IMG/VR virus record: IMGVR_UViG_3300017909_001161
Span: 1 to 36,645 of that record
Source: a virus
Taxonomy: Duplodnaviria > Caudoviricetes
Length of the DNA: 36,645 nt
Reading direction: 5' to 3' (one strand)
The notes beneath the pieces are model-generated. The model did no database searches. It saw only the letters and a list, made by a program, of their open reading frames with translations, and was not told the DNA's origin. Position numbers and translations under genes: made by a program. This document shows positions 25,085 through 34,491 of the stretch, piece after piece. Positions within the stretch are counted from its first letter, which is position 1. Every line of letters begins with the position of its first letter.

Positions 25085-26405
25085 CTCAGATAAAGTACCA
25101 CATAATTTAGAAGCAGAGGATGGGGTCATTGCTTCCTGCTTGGATGCCCAGGACTCCTCCATCTTTGATACAGTTTCAACGATCATTACAGCGGATGACT
25201 TTTATTCCGCTAGGAATCGTTTTGCATTCGAGGCCATGCAGAGGCTTGCTACCTTTGGTAAGCCACTTGATGAGATACACCTTTGCGAGGCTCTGAAGGC
25301 ATCAAATACGCTCGATGAGATCGGTGGCGTAGCTGGTCTAATGCAACTGATGGACGCAGCCACAACGGAGTCACAGGCCATCCAGTACGCAAAGCTGGTA
25401 TCCGAGAAGTCAAACCTTCGTAAGCTGATACGTGAGTGCCGGATCGCTGTTGAGAAGGCCGAGGGTGAGTCACACGAGTTCGCTGACATACGAGCGGATC
25501 TCGAAGGCAACATACTGGACATTGATACGTCCGAGGGTGCTGGAGAGGGCGTTGAGTCAGCCATCGAGGAGATCCTCGCTGATGTCAAACGCATGAAGGA
25601 TGGTGACTACAAGGCACAGGTCGTGAACACAAACGTGGGCCGGCTTGATTCATTCCTTGGTAATGGCGGTATCGCTGCGGGCGAGGTTATGACGCTGGCC
25701 GCACCGACATCATGCGGTAAGTCAGCACTTGCCCTGTACATCGCAGCCAAGGCAATGTCGATTGATGAAGTGCCTACGGCTTACTTCTCGTTCGAGATGC
25801 CACGCAAGCAACTCCTCAAGCGTATGGCTCAGTCCATATCTGGCATCAACCTACGTAATATACAGGAAGGCACAGCCACGGATGATGACACCCAGCTATT
25901 CGAGGATGCCTCTAGGCAGATACAGGGGATGCCGTTCTATACCTCACATAACGTGAAGAACGCCCTTGATCTATCCGCTCAATGCCGTTACTTAGTTCGC
26001 AAGAAGGGAGTCAAACTGGTGGTCATTGATTACCTGCAACTGATTCCGTTTGATAGCAAAAACATGGGTAAGGCAGAGGGCATTGCTGACATCTCACACA
26101 AGGTAAAGCAGATGGCTATTGAGCTAGATGTGTCCGTTCTTTTGCTGGCACAGATTAACCGTGAGGGAGCGAAGCGTGAGGGTGCTTTAAGCCTGTATGA
26201 CCTCAAGGATTCCGGTGACATCGAGAACGATGCTGACGTTGTCCTTATGATGTGGCCTCATAACGGTGATGTTGAGTCCAGCAAGGACAAGGACTACCGT
26301 GGTGCGTATACTGGACTATCATACAAGATAGCAAAGAACCGTGAGGGTGAGCGTGACATTGGCGATTACCTTAAGTTCTATCATTGCACAGGTAGATTCA
26401 TGTAA
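25053..26405 (+). CDS. dnaB: Replicative DNA helicase, DnaB family
   Basis: PHNLEAE N-terminal domain, Walker A AAPTSCGKS, FSFEM, IDYLQL, LAQINR, LKDSGDIENDAD, AKNREG. Confidence 0.95.
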   Translation: MINNRIPLHNSSDKVPHNLEAEDGVIASCLDAQDSSIFDTVSTIITADDFYSARNRFAFEAMQRLATFGKPLDEIHLCEALKASNTLDEIGGVAGLMQLMDAATTESQAIQYAKLVSEKSNLRKLIRECRIAVEKAEGESHEFADIRADLEGNILDIDTSEGAGEGVESAIEEILADVKRMKDGDYKAQVVNTNVGRLDSFLGNGGIAAGEVMTLAAPTSCGKSALALYIAAKAMSIDEVPTAYFSFEMPRKQLLKRMAQSISGINLRNIQEGTATDDDTQLFEDASRQIQGMPFYTSHNVKNALDLSAQCRYLVRKKGVKLVVIDYLQLIPFDSKNMGKAEGIADISHKVKQMAIELDVSVLLLAQINREGAKREGALSLYDLKDSGDIENDADVVLMMWPHNGDVESSKDKDYRGAYTGLSYKIAKNREGERDIGDYLKFYHCTGRFM

Positions 26406-26468
26406 GGGGGTGAAAGGGTTTCGACTTGACCTAGGTCAAGGACGCTGGTTCGATTCCAGCCACCTCCA
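26406..26468 (+). ncRNA. Minimal tmRNA-like RNA (tRNA-like domain only)
   Basis: Acceptor stem GGGGGTG/CACCTCC+A with G3-U70, stemless D-loop ending TTCGAC, short closed P2 hairpin, GAC linker, T-arm GCTGG-TTCGATT-CCAGC. Confidence 0.85.
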
Positions 26469-26519
26469 TAACTTTAAATAATTATTGACATATAAGGTAC
26501 ATACCTTATACATAAAACC

Positions 26520-26678
26520 ATGAAAGATAATCTAGAAAGGATTCAAACGCAGATCGACATGATACGGTCTGAATCACGCATTCTATCTTACCGGATAGAA
26601 CGCATGACGCAGCAACGGAAGGAGCTACAGGACGAAAAACGTAGACTCAAGGGGTTGCTAGAAACAAGTAGTGTATAA
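26520..26678 (+). CDS. Small coiled-coil protein, 52 aa (MKDNLERIQTQIDMIRSESRILSYRIERMTQQRKELQDEKRRLKGLLETSSV)
   Basis: Manually translated; TTGACA at 26485 upstream. Confidence 0.7.
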   Translation: MKDNLERIQTQIDMIRSESRILSYRIERMTQQRKELQDEKRRLKGLLETSSV

Positions 26679-26687
26679 TAATATTTT

Positions 26688-26752
26688 TGAGGTAAGCTGG
26701 CTGAGTAATCCCCAGCGGGTGGGCGTGGTTCCTCCACCTATTTGATTCCTCA
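26688..26752 (+). ncRNA. Small three-way-junction RNA candidate
   Basis: TGAGG/CCTCA closing GCTGG/CCAGC and GGTGG/CCACC; TATAAT at 26674 and a terminator downstream. Confidence 0.4.
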
Positions 26753-26762
26753 TTGGTTAGGT

Positions 26763-26797
26763 AGCCTCGTCCCCTGATGTTGGGGGGCGGGGCTTTT
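26763..26797 (+). terminator. Terminator hairpin at the convergence of early and late transcription
   Basis: AGCCTCGTCCCC-loop-GGGGGCGGGGCT followed by TTT. Confidence 0.7.
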
Positions 26798-26799
26798 CC

Positions 26800-29700
26800 T
26801 TACTTAGTCTGGAGTAACATGGCTCTGATAGCACTAGGTGTTGCTATGCCAGCCTCCCTTAGCTCCCTAAGTTTTGCTCGGTTAAGGTGCGCTCCTTGAT
26901 CAATCATGTACTGCACACGCCTTTCCTCTGGGAGTGAAGAACGGAGCTTATCAAGCTCACTCCTGCCTGGACTCCTAGCTAACTTCATCTGTCTTTTGTG
27001 GTAATCAGCTAGTTTTCCTCCGAGGTTTCTGTCCTCCTTAGTAATGGATCTTATCTGGTCCAGCTTCTGGGATGGGCTACCCTCTAGCTCCTCGTACTGA
27101 TCACCTATGCTCTTCGATCTAGTCCGAGGTATATCCGTGTAAGTACCCTCAACGATATCAAGAATATCAGAGGAACTCATCCCGGCCTCCCTCATAAGTT
27201 CGATACGTTCACCTACTGAGTACTTCAATGTACCACCAGCCATGTTTTCATAATGACCACGGAGAGCGTCCATCTTTGACTTACGTGCTTCATTATTTCT
27301 CTGGTACTCTGCCTCAAGTTTATCTGGTGACTCATAATTATTTTCTACACGACGAAGCATCCCGTAGTAATTCTGCTTAGCCTTTCGCATTGGCTCATTG
27401 ATATCACGAACCTTGTCGCTGAATGCTATGTCAGCATCCCATGTGTTGTCACGGAACCCAGCCAATCGGAGTGCATTGTTGACCTGTGTACGCTGACCAA
27501 TACCTGCCGCAGTATCCATGAACCTTTTATAGGTTCTTTGGCCTCCGGGCTTGAGTAACTCGTCGTACGCTAAACCCAATCCAACTTTAAAGTTCTCCGA
27601 AAAACGTTCATCAATGTATATAGGTTCACCTTTCTCGTCCCGACCAAACACAAGTCTTCCAGCGGTACGTACTGGGAACGTTCCAAGCTCACCTATGTAT
27701 TGGTCATAGGCAATATCATACAGGGACTCAATCGGCTTATCACTGAAACCAGCGTCAAAGGCTTGCTTAAAAATAGCTTGAGGAATAAGGTACTCAGGGT
27801 TAATGTAACGACCCTTCCTTCCTGTCTCATCAGGAATAACTATCAACTTCTTTTCTTTATCCCATGGCGCAGCAATTGTTTCAGAAAATTCCTTGGAATC
27901 CTCCCTGTCGACCCCTCGCAACGCATTTTGACTATCCGTTAATGCGTCACCACCAACGGTAACCGCAGCCAACAAACCGCCACGCTTTACTCCCTGTAGA
28001 CTCATATAGGTCTTTTGGGCTGAAGCCGGATCAAGACCGATGTCACGACCAAACGTACCAGTCATCATCTTCATGGCGTACTTACCTTGGTTGTAAAAAT
28101 TACGTGTAAGCTCCGCAGCAAATGGAACAAACTGGCCTGCAAGTCCAAGCCTACTGAATGTTCTTACAAGTCCAGATAGCTTGTCGTAGTTCGGGAACGT
28201 ATCATTCGTTAGCCTAGCGGCAGCCGCCTCTATCTGTGCTTTGCTGGCATTTGGAAACATCTTGGATAGGTTGTCTTGGTTTCCTTTCCATACAACGTAC
28301 CGGAGAGCCGTATCACTCGTTGAGTAAAGTTTGCCGAAGAAGTCAGAAATCTTGAGGAAAAACTCCTTTGGTTTACTAATTTTTGATAATTTATTTAGTT
28401 TACCGAAACCGTCGAGTATGTTTCTCTCTAGGTCAGCAATGCTTACGGACTTAGGTTTAAGGCCGTACTGGTTCATCTTATCCAGATCATCCAAGAATCT
28501 CTTTCGTGCTACCGGATCCTTTCGCCTAAGGATATTGTCTAAGCCACCAAAATCACCCAACGCACGGTTTACTCCACGGGCTATCCCTGTGGGTGTCGGC
28601 ACAACACCAGCGGAGAATGCTCCAAACAATGCACCGTACCCATTGACAGAATATGATTCCGGATTGAAAAGAACCTTGGTTTGCTTTGAGAAACCAGTCG
28701 CTCCACTATACAATCTTAGTAAGAAATTATTTACTATCTCACGAGAGCCAGTTAGACCATCGTTAAACCGAAGGATATTAACTGCGTAGTTAACATCAGG
28801 GCTTACCCATACGTTTGAGTCAGCGTCCGTGGTGCGGAACTTGACCTCGACCTGTGTTGGGTCAACTTGGTTACGTGTGGCAACGCCTGAATCAATCAAG
28901 AACTTTGCAATCGAAACGTCCTCAGCCTTGGCTGATGCCAGCCTTGATAGGCGACTCGCCGTGCTGATTAGACGCTCACCAGGATCTGTGACTTCACCAA
29001 GGAATATTCTTTCCGCTGGACCTGGATCAGTCCGTGACGCAAGGATGCCTTTGGACTCCTTGACCACGTTGCTTATATCAAGTTGTTTCTTTCCGTCAGC
29101 CTTCCGTTGGTACGCTGAACTACGGACGATGTCGTCAATGTACTCAGTCGCCATCCGTGTAGCCTCTTCCGGGATGTCGGTCTCACCTGCGTCCAGCTTC
29201 TTTGCGGCTATTTCCGCAATGGCTGCATCCTTCTGTGCTTTTGTAGGACGGAAGTCGGGATCAAGGAACATACGGTAGGTCTGGGTCAAGTAACCCATCT
29301 CCATAGATGCTTCAATGATCTCCTTGAGTTGGTTCTGTGCGCCCTTAGAAAGGTTCAAGAACTCCTCGGCATCAAGCCCTTCAAGCAATTGCTTCTGTAG
29401 CTGTAGGATCGTGCCACGGTACTGTAATAACTCAGTCTCGATTGGCTCAAGGGACTTACTCATCCTTCCACCCTTGAGAAGGAAATCATTCAAGTCATTA
29501 GCAACGGATGGATCTTTCTTTACCAGTCTGTTGTAGCCACGCTGTACCCTAGCGGCAAGTTCCTCGGCACGAGCAACCGTACCACGAGCCATCTCGATGT
29601 CATTGACGATGGATCGACCGACAACCTTGGATGGTGCCAGGACCTTAACTACCTTGTCGAGTAAACGCTTAGGGCTTTTTCTTGGTGCTACCCTTCCTCC

Positions 29701-31509
29701 CTCGAAGTCATAAAATATTTCTACGGCATTAGCCATAGCCTGTGTCTTCAATGCCTCAGCGTTCTGGTTCCGTGCTATCTGTAGCTTCACGGAATCCTCG
29801 ACGATACCGGGCATCCTTGGTACAGGCTTAGGTATAGGAGCAGAACCTGGTTTCTTCTGAATAATTACGGATGATCCACTAATCTTTTTACCGTCAAGCC
29901 CCTTAGGTGTTAGCTTAACATCAAAGTCATCACCAAGGACTTCCTTTATATATCCTTGTAGCTCTTGATTGGTGAAACCTTTTTGATATGTATCGGCTCT
30001 ACCTTTTGATTTAATTATGTATGCGTCACTTTCTCCAGCAAAAGGGACAGCACCTTTTGGTGAAGCCACGGTCTTGGGATCCCTTGCTGTAATGATTGCA
30101 TAACCGTTTGGCTTGAGGACACGACCAATCTCACGAACAATGTCATCACGTATATCACGAGGGACAACATTGATAACGCTTGAGCTAATTATTTTTTCGT
30201 ATGATTCATTTGGTATGTCCGTTGACTTAGCGTAATTAGGAGTGAACGGAGCCTTGGCAAACGGTTCATAAGTATCAGCCTTGATTGCGCCAGCACCCTT
30301 TCCTTTCCCTGCTCCGAAGTCAAGTGTCTTTCCTTCAGCAAGGTTATCGAGTATTCCACCAGCCCTAACAACGGTTTCAATGGTGTTACCAACCTGCGTC
30401 TGTTGTGCGTTCTTTGGATCCGGAACGCCCTCGATCTCTGATCGCATGACTGGATCAATGCCTACGTCGGGCTGGTCATCAACAGCAGTTCGAGCCACTT
30501 GCTTCGCCTCCTTACGTAACGTAGGTGTCCACGTGAGTTCATCATAAGTAATCTCACCGCTAGCAATCATGTCACGGATATCTGTGGCGGTCTTTCCGGC
30601 TGTCTTTTCGACGAGTGACTTAGGTAATCCGTACAGCTTGTGTGTTGTAGCACCGCCAACTAGACCAGATATAACCTCGGCCAGCATCTTAGCACCAACG
30701 GGCAGATCAGTGTCTTCAAGCATCCCTCGTGCTACACCAGCAGGAACCGCTGTTCCAGCCTCAATCGCTAGTACACGACCAGCGTTTGTGTTAAGCTCAT
30801 TGAGGAACTGTTCTGAGACCTCCTTGAGTGCCTTACCCGTATAGCTGGCTGGCTTCGACGCTCTCATTATTTGCATCGCCCTTACCTGCGGAGCAAGTCC
30901 AGCAATGAACTCGGATCCAACCTGACCAACGTACCCAGCTATTGTTCTAGGATCCTCTTCGACTATATTGACACCTGGGATTAGATTCAATAAATCCCGA
31001 ATCTTTTTGGCTGCGCCCTCACTTGGCAGGTACTCCTGTGCGGCATCCCGCATGAACTCATTGAACCGACCAATCGTCGTGTCCTCTGGCTTTTGGGTAA
31101 TACCCTGCTCTTGCCTTGCTGCGTTCATTTCTTCCGTCGTTGGGAAGAACACGGAGGCTGCTTTATTGATCACAGCACCAAGGGCATCAACAGGCATTCC
31201 AGCTATGTTAGTTAATCCACGATTGATTTGATTACCCAGATCACCGCCTATGTTGTCAACGTCCCGTACGAACTCTAGACCCTCGTCAAACATCCGTAGC
31301 CTCCGATCCTTCTGCTCTGGGAACGGCTCAAGGGATAGATCGGGTTCCGATGTATCCTCATCTAGAACCGAAAGGTCTATAGGGCTGATGGTGTCATCGC
31401 TACTTGGCGATAGCTCCTCATCTAGAATAGACAGATCTATACCAACCCCTTGGGGGCTAATGGATTCAACGCTGTCTTCTTCATCCAGTACCGATAAATC
31501 AATAGCCAT
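26800..31509 (-). CDS. Large internal virion (ejection) protein with an embedded SAM-dependent methyltransferase domain
   Basis: 1569 aa, last late gene; helical, TFPNYDKL...QFVPFAAE..RN pattern; internal LDFGAGKG...VINVV...RVLKPNG...TYQKGFT. Confidence 0.7.
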   Translation of the reverse strand: MAIDLSVLDEEDSVESISPQGVGIDLSILDEELSPSSDDTISPIDLSVLDEDTSEPDLSLEPFPEQKDRRLRMFDEGLEFVRDVDNIGGDLGNQINRGLTNIAGMPVDALGAVINKAASVFFPTTEEMNAARQEQGITQKPEDTTIGRFNEFMRDAAQEYLPSEGAAKKIRDLLNLIPGVNIVEEDPRTIAGYVGQVGSEFIAGLAPQVRAMQIMRASKPASYTGKALKEVSEQFLNELNTNAGRVLAIEAGTAVPAGVARGMLEDTDLPVGAKMLAEVISGLVGGATTHKLYGLPKSLVEKTAGKTATDIRDMIASGEITYDELTWTPTLRKEAKQVARTAVDDQPDVGIDPVMRSEIEGVPDPKNAQQTQVGNTIETVVRAGGILDNLAEGKTLDFGAGKGKGAGAIKADTYEPFAKAPFTPNYAKSTDIPNESYEKIISSSVINVVPRDIRDDIVREIGRVLKPNGYAIITARDPKTVASPKGAVPFAGESDAYIIKSKGRADTYQKGFTNQELQGYIKEVLGDDFDVKLTPKGLDGKKISGSSVIIQKKPGSAPIPKPVPRMPGIVEDSVKLQIARNQNAEALKTQAMANAVEIFYDFEGGRVAPRKSPKRLLDKVVKVLAPSKVVGRSIVNDIEMARGTVARAEELAARVQRGYNRLVKKDPSVANDLNDFLLKGGRMSKSLEPIETELLQYRGTILQLQKQLLEGLDAEEFLNLSKGAQNQLKEIIEASMEMGYLTQTYRMFLDPDFRPTKAQKDAAIAEIAAKKLDAGETDIPEEATRMATEYIDDIVRSSAYQRKADGKKQLDISNVVKESKGILASRTDPGPAERIFLGEVTDPGERLISTASRLSRLASAKAEDVSIAKFLIDSGVATRNQVDPTQVEVKFRTTDADSNVWVSPDVNYAVNILRFNDGLTGSREIVNNFLLRLYSGATGFSKQTKVLFNPESYSVNGYGALFGAFSAGVVPTPTGIARGVNRALGDFGGLDNILRRKDPVARKRFLDDLDKMNQYGLKPKSVSIADLERNILDGFGKLNKLSKISKPKEFFLKISDFFGKLYSTSDTALRYVVWKGNQDNLSKMFPNASKAQIEAAAARLTNDTFPNYDKLSGLVRTFSRLGLAGQFVPFAAELTRNFYNQGKYAMKMMTGTFGRDIGLDPASAQKTYMSLQGVKRGGLLAAVTVGGDALTDSQNALRGVDREDSKEFSETIAAPWDKEKKLIVIPDETGRKGRYINPEYLIPQAIFKQAFDAGFSDKPIESLYDIAYDQYIGELGTFPVRTAGRLVFGRDEKGEPIYIDERFSENFKVGLGLAYDELLKPGGQRTYKRFMDTAAGIGQRTQVNNALRLAGFRDNTWDADIAFSDKVRDINEPMRKAKQNYYGMLRRVENNYESPDKLEAEYQRNNEARKSKMDALRGHYENMAGGTLKYSVGERIELMREAGMSSSDILDIVEGTYTDIPRTRSKSIGDQYEELEGSPSQKLDQIRSITKEDRNLGGKLADYHKRQMKLARSPGRSELDKLRSSLPEERRVQYMIDQGAHLNRAKLRELREAGIATPSAIRAMLLQTK

Positions 31510-33572
31510 TATAACTTTCCTTTGGATATCATTTCCTTGATAATGTCACCTACAGATACGCCTGGGTTAGCCCCTATCGCTTTTTGAATATCTGCATTTC
31601 CCTTATCACCAAATCCATAGTCAGTAATAGTATTACTATTGTCAGCTTGATCGTCTCCAAAGTAGTCATCGGCTTGAGCGGGTAAGCCAGCCATATCCTT
31701 TATATCAAGTGATGCTAATATATCTTGCGCTCCCGTCTTGTCGCCTCTTTGATAAAGATCCCTAGCCTTTTTGATTCTCTGAACCTTTTGATCAGCCTCA
31801 CGTATGCCAGCGGGTGTCTTGTCCTCTAAATCAATGAAGCGACCAATCTGATATTGGCCATTCTTTGTAATATACGACCATCCACCCTTGACGACTACTT
31901 CGATATCCTCTGGCTCAAGGGACTCCTTAGCCTTTTTTATCTGAGCCTCAAGGAGATCAATCTCAAGCTGATCTTTTTCTTTCTCTGTTGCCGTAGGAGC
32001 AAGGTTATCTATACGACCCTGTATGTAATCAATCTCAAGCTGTTCCCTTGTTTTCTCTGCCTCGGTAGGCTCACGCTTCCCTGTTATAGGATCGTACTGA
32101 CCGCTCCTTTGCAGGATTTCCATTGCCTCGGCTTTCTCACGATCTGTCGCATCACGAGCTTGCCCCTTGGCTATTCGGTTCAGTTCTGATTTAGTAAAAG
32201 TACCAGTAGCCGCACCTCCAGGTAGCTGGGCATCACGCATACGCTTGCCTTCTTCCATTCGGGTGTCCCTTAACTCTGATTGTCTTTCATATCCCTCTTG
32301 TGTCATTGGGAACCCTGCCGTTCCACGAAGAGCTTCTGCTCCTCGTTGAAGATTACGCATAACAGTAGGAGTCAGTTCTTTTATTCGATCAGGCGATGTG
32401 TATTGAGATAGTATTTGCTGGGAAAATTGTCCAGCTGTTGCCGGATCAGCAAAAACAACCTGTCCTGTCATTGGATCAATGGTCCTGGTCAATTCCGCTG
32501 GTCGTTCTCCAACCGTTCCTCCAGCGAACTCCTGCATCCGTGGGGTGCCAGGGGCGGGCTGTTGTTGCTCGAACTCAGCAAGCTGTTGAGCCGTTGGGAC
32601 GAACCGGTCCTCGAACGAACCGCCAGCAGGTATTGCCATCGTCTGACCTTGTGATTCAAATGTAGTATCAATCGGAGATAATGGCGCAGGAACCCCTGGG
32701 GTTGACGGAGATGCGGGAGTAAACACAGCAGGATTCTGCATAGCTGTGCTTACGTTTTCAAGGTTAGGAACTCCTGTCAATGCACCAAATTCACTTATGA
32801 CTTGTTCTGGTGTTTTCATTACACTTATCTCTGGAGGCTGCGGAGCTGTCTCTTCGCTTGTAGCACTAGTTTGACCCATCTCCTGCATACCAGAAATTAG
32901 TTGATTCATATTAGGAACACCCGCTTGACCCAACATTTGCTCAGCCGAAGGAGGTGCTAATCCAATTCTCTCCATCTCTATGGTTGTATACGGGAACGCT
33001 GCGTTAAATGCGTCCTGTCCGTACCGAGAGATTAACTCCTCATTGCTCATTCCGGCATCAACACCCCGTCTGATCGCTCCAGTAATAGTAGCATCACCCA
33101 TTTCATTAGGAGTAAATCCTGCCCCCAATATACTTCCCTTGACTACATTAGAAAGAAAGGAGGTAAATGGGTTACGCTTAGTTGTAGCAGTACTAAAATC
33201 CCCTGCGTCCACATCAATAACTGGTGGTTTTTTTGAGCCTCCTCGTGTACCTGTTTTGCCTCGATTACCCTCAGTAAAAAAATCATCAGCCTGAGTAGCT
33301 AATTGATTCTGGGTTATTATCTGGGTGCTAGGCGTAGTAGGTTTTACATTAGCTGCTGCCGCTTGTCTGGCTGCATCATTCGCTGCAACCCGTTGCGCAA
33401 ATGAAGAGAGGTTACCTCCCGTCGGTACTGGAGAAGGAGCACGGCCTGTTTGTGCGGCAAACGCAGCACCACCTAAGCCTAGACCAGCTTCCATTAGGTT
33501 GTTTGGTTCCTCTTCGGGTTTCTGTCCCATTAGGGCTGCTTGAGCCAGATTATTTGAAAGTCCTATTGCCAT
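31509..33572 (-). CDS. Probable internal virion (ejection) protein
   Basis: 687 aa, Ala/Gln/Pro-rich, TAATG-coupled to the 1569-aa gene. Confidence 0.6.
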   Translation of the reverse strand: MAIGLSNNLAQAALMGQKPEEEPNNLMEAGLGLGGAAFAAQTGRAPSPVPTGGNLSSFAQRVAANDAARQAAAANVKPTTPSTQIITQNQLATQADDFFTEGNRGKTGTRGGSKKPPVIDVDAGDFSTATTKRNPFTSFLSNVVKGSILGAGFTPNEMGDATITGAIRRGVDAGMSNEELISRYGQDAFNAAFPYTTIEMERIGLAPPSAEQMLGQAGVPNMNQLISGMQEMGQTSATSEETAPQPPEISVMKTPEQVISEFGALTGVPNLENVSTAMQNPAVFTPASPSTPGVPAPLSPIDTTFESQGQTMAIPAGGSFEDRFVPTAQQLAEFEQQQPAPGTPRMQEFAGGTVGERPAELTRTIDPMTGQVVFADPATAGQFSQQILSQYTSPDRIKELTPTVMRNLQRGAEALRGTAGFPMTQEGYERQSELRDTRMEEGKRMRDAQLPGGAATGTFTKSELNRIAKGQARDATDREKAEAMEILQRSGQYDPITGKREPTEAEKTREQLEIDYIQGRIDNLAPTATEKEKDQLEIDLLEAQIKKAKESLEPEDIEVVVKGGWSYITKNGQYQIGRFIDLEDKTPAGIREADQKVQRIKKARDLYQRGDKTGAQDILASLDIKDMAGLPAQADDYFGDDQADNSNTITDYGFGDKGNADIQKAIGANPGVSVGDIIKEMISKGKL

Positions 33573-33592
33573 AGCGTTATTATATCATATAG
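33573..33592 (-). promoter_or_regulatory. Extended -10 promoter, probably leaderless
   Basis: Minus strand CTATA-TGA-TATAAT-AACGCT-ATG. Confidence 0.6.
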
Positions 33593-33594
33593 GG

Positions 33595-34491
33595 TTAAGA
33601 GTAAGTCCAAAATACAATGGACGATATTGCGGCACTATCGGTAGTGACTATAGTTGTTGTATAAGTGACTGTAGCGGGTGGAGGTGATGGATTCGTTACT
33701 TCCTCTACAGTTGTATCGGTTTCTGTAACCGATGCAGTTCTTGATGAGGCAGAGGCTGTTGGATTCGACGAAAGCGTTGTCTGACCAGGTGGTATTGTGG
33801 GATCGCCAAAAGTCCCTCCAACGGAACCTACGGCACGAGCTACACAAATAAATGATAACCCAGAAATGGTGGTGCTTCCTACACTTTGTACAATTTTACT
33901 GTCATCTGGATCACTCCCGCCTGTTGTCGTGCCAGATGTCTCGTTCGTATAGGAAATCAATCGAACCTTGGCGTTACCAGTATCTGACTCTATGCCTCTA
34001 CCTGTACTTGATAGGACTCCGTACCCAATGAAGTTAGCTTCATTAGTTGTGACTCCGTTGTACATTCTGATGATAGTTATATCATTGTCATTAGTCGCAG
34101 TTACCGAGAAGCCTCCCCCTGAATCAGTATCTTGAATAAACCCACCGATGCGATCCAAGCAGGCTCTGTCCTTTGGTTCCTTGAATGTATTTGCGGATAC
34201 TGGTGATCCGAAGTTCACAGATGTGACCGAGGCACTTATCGAAACGTCCGAACCGCCCGCTGGGTCATCCGTTGTAAAACTTAATGATTGTGAGGCAGTA
34301 GCTGATACACTTTCCCCGTTCCAGAATAACTTCATCGCAGCATCCAAAGATGCATCAAGGTCAGGAGTACCGCTCCCTGAATAACCATCAAGGGTTATAT
34401 ACGAAGAAAAGCCCGATATGTCCACCTTCGATGGGCAGAACCCGAACCCGTTCCGTAATCCTTTGGTAGAAAAACTGGTGGCAACGGACAT
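33595..34491 (-). CDS. Ser/Thr-rich virion or tail protein (hypothetical)
   Basis: ORF track; composition and position. Confidence 0.65.
   Translation of the reverse strand: MSVATSFSTKGLRNGFGFCPSKVDISGFSSYITLDGYSGSGTPDLDASLDAAMKLFWNGESVSATASQSLSFTTDDPAGGSDVSISASVTSVNFGSPVSANTFKEPKDRACLDRIGGFIQDTDSGGGFSVTATNDNDITIIRMYNGVTTNEANFIGYGVLSSTGRGIESDTGNAKVRLISYTNETSGTTTGGSDPDDSKIVQSVGSTTISGLSFICVARAVGSVGGTFGDPTIPPGQTTLSSNPTASASSRTASVTETDTTVEEVTNPSPPPATVTYTTTIVTTDSAAISSIVFWTYS

Noticed and set aside
26406-26468. Ordinary tRNA gene, or an attP copy of host ssrA
   Set aside because: There is no D-stem and no 7-nt anticodon loop, so it is not a canonical tRNA. An attP would usually carry only one end of ssrA, whereas both ends are joined here, and no integrase is visible.
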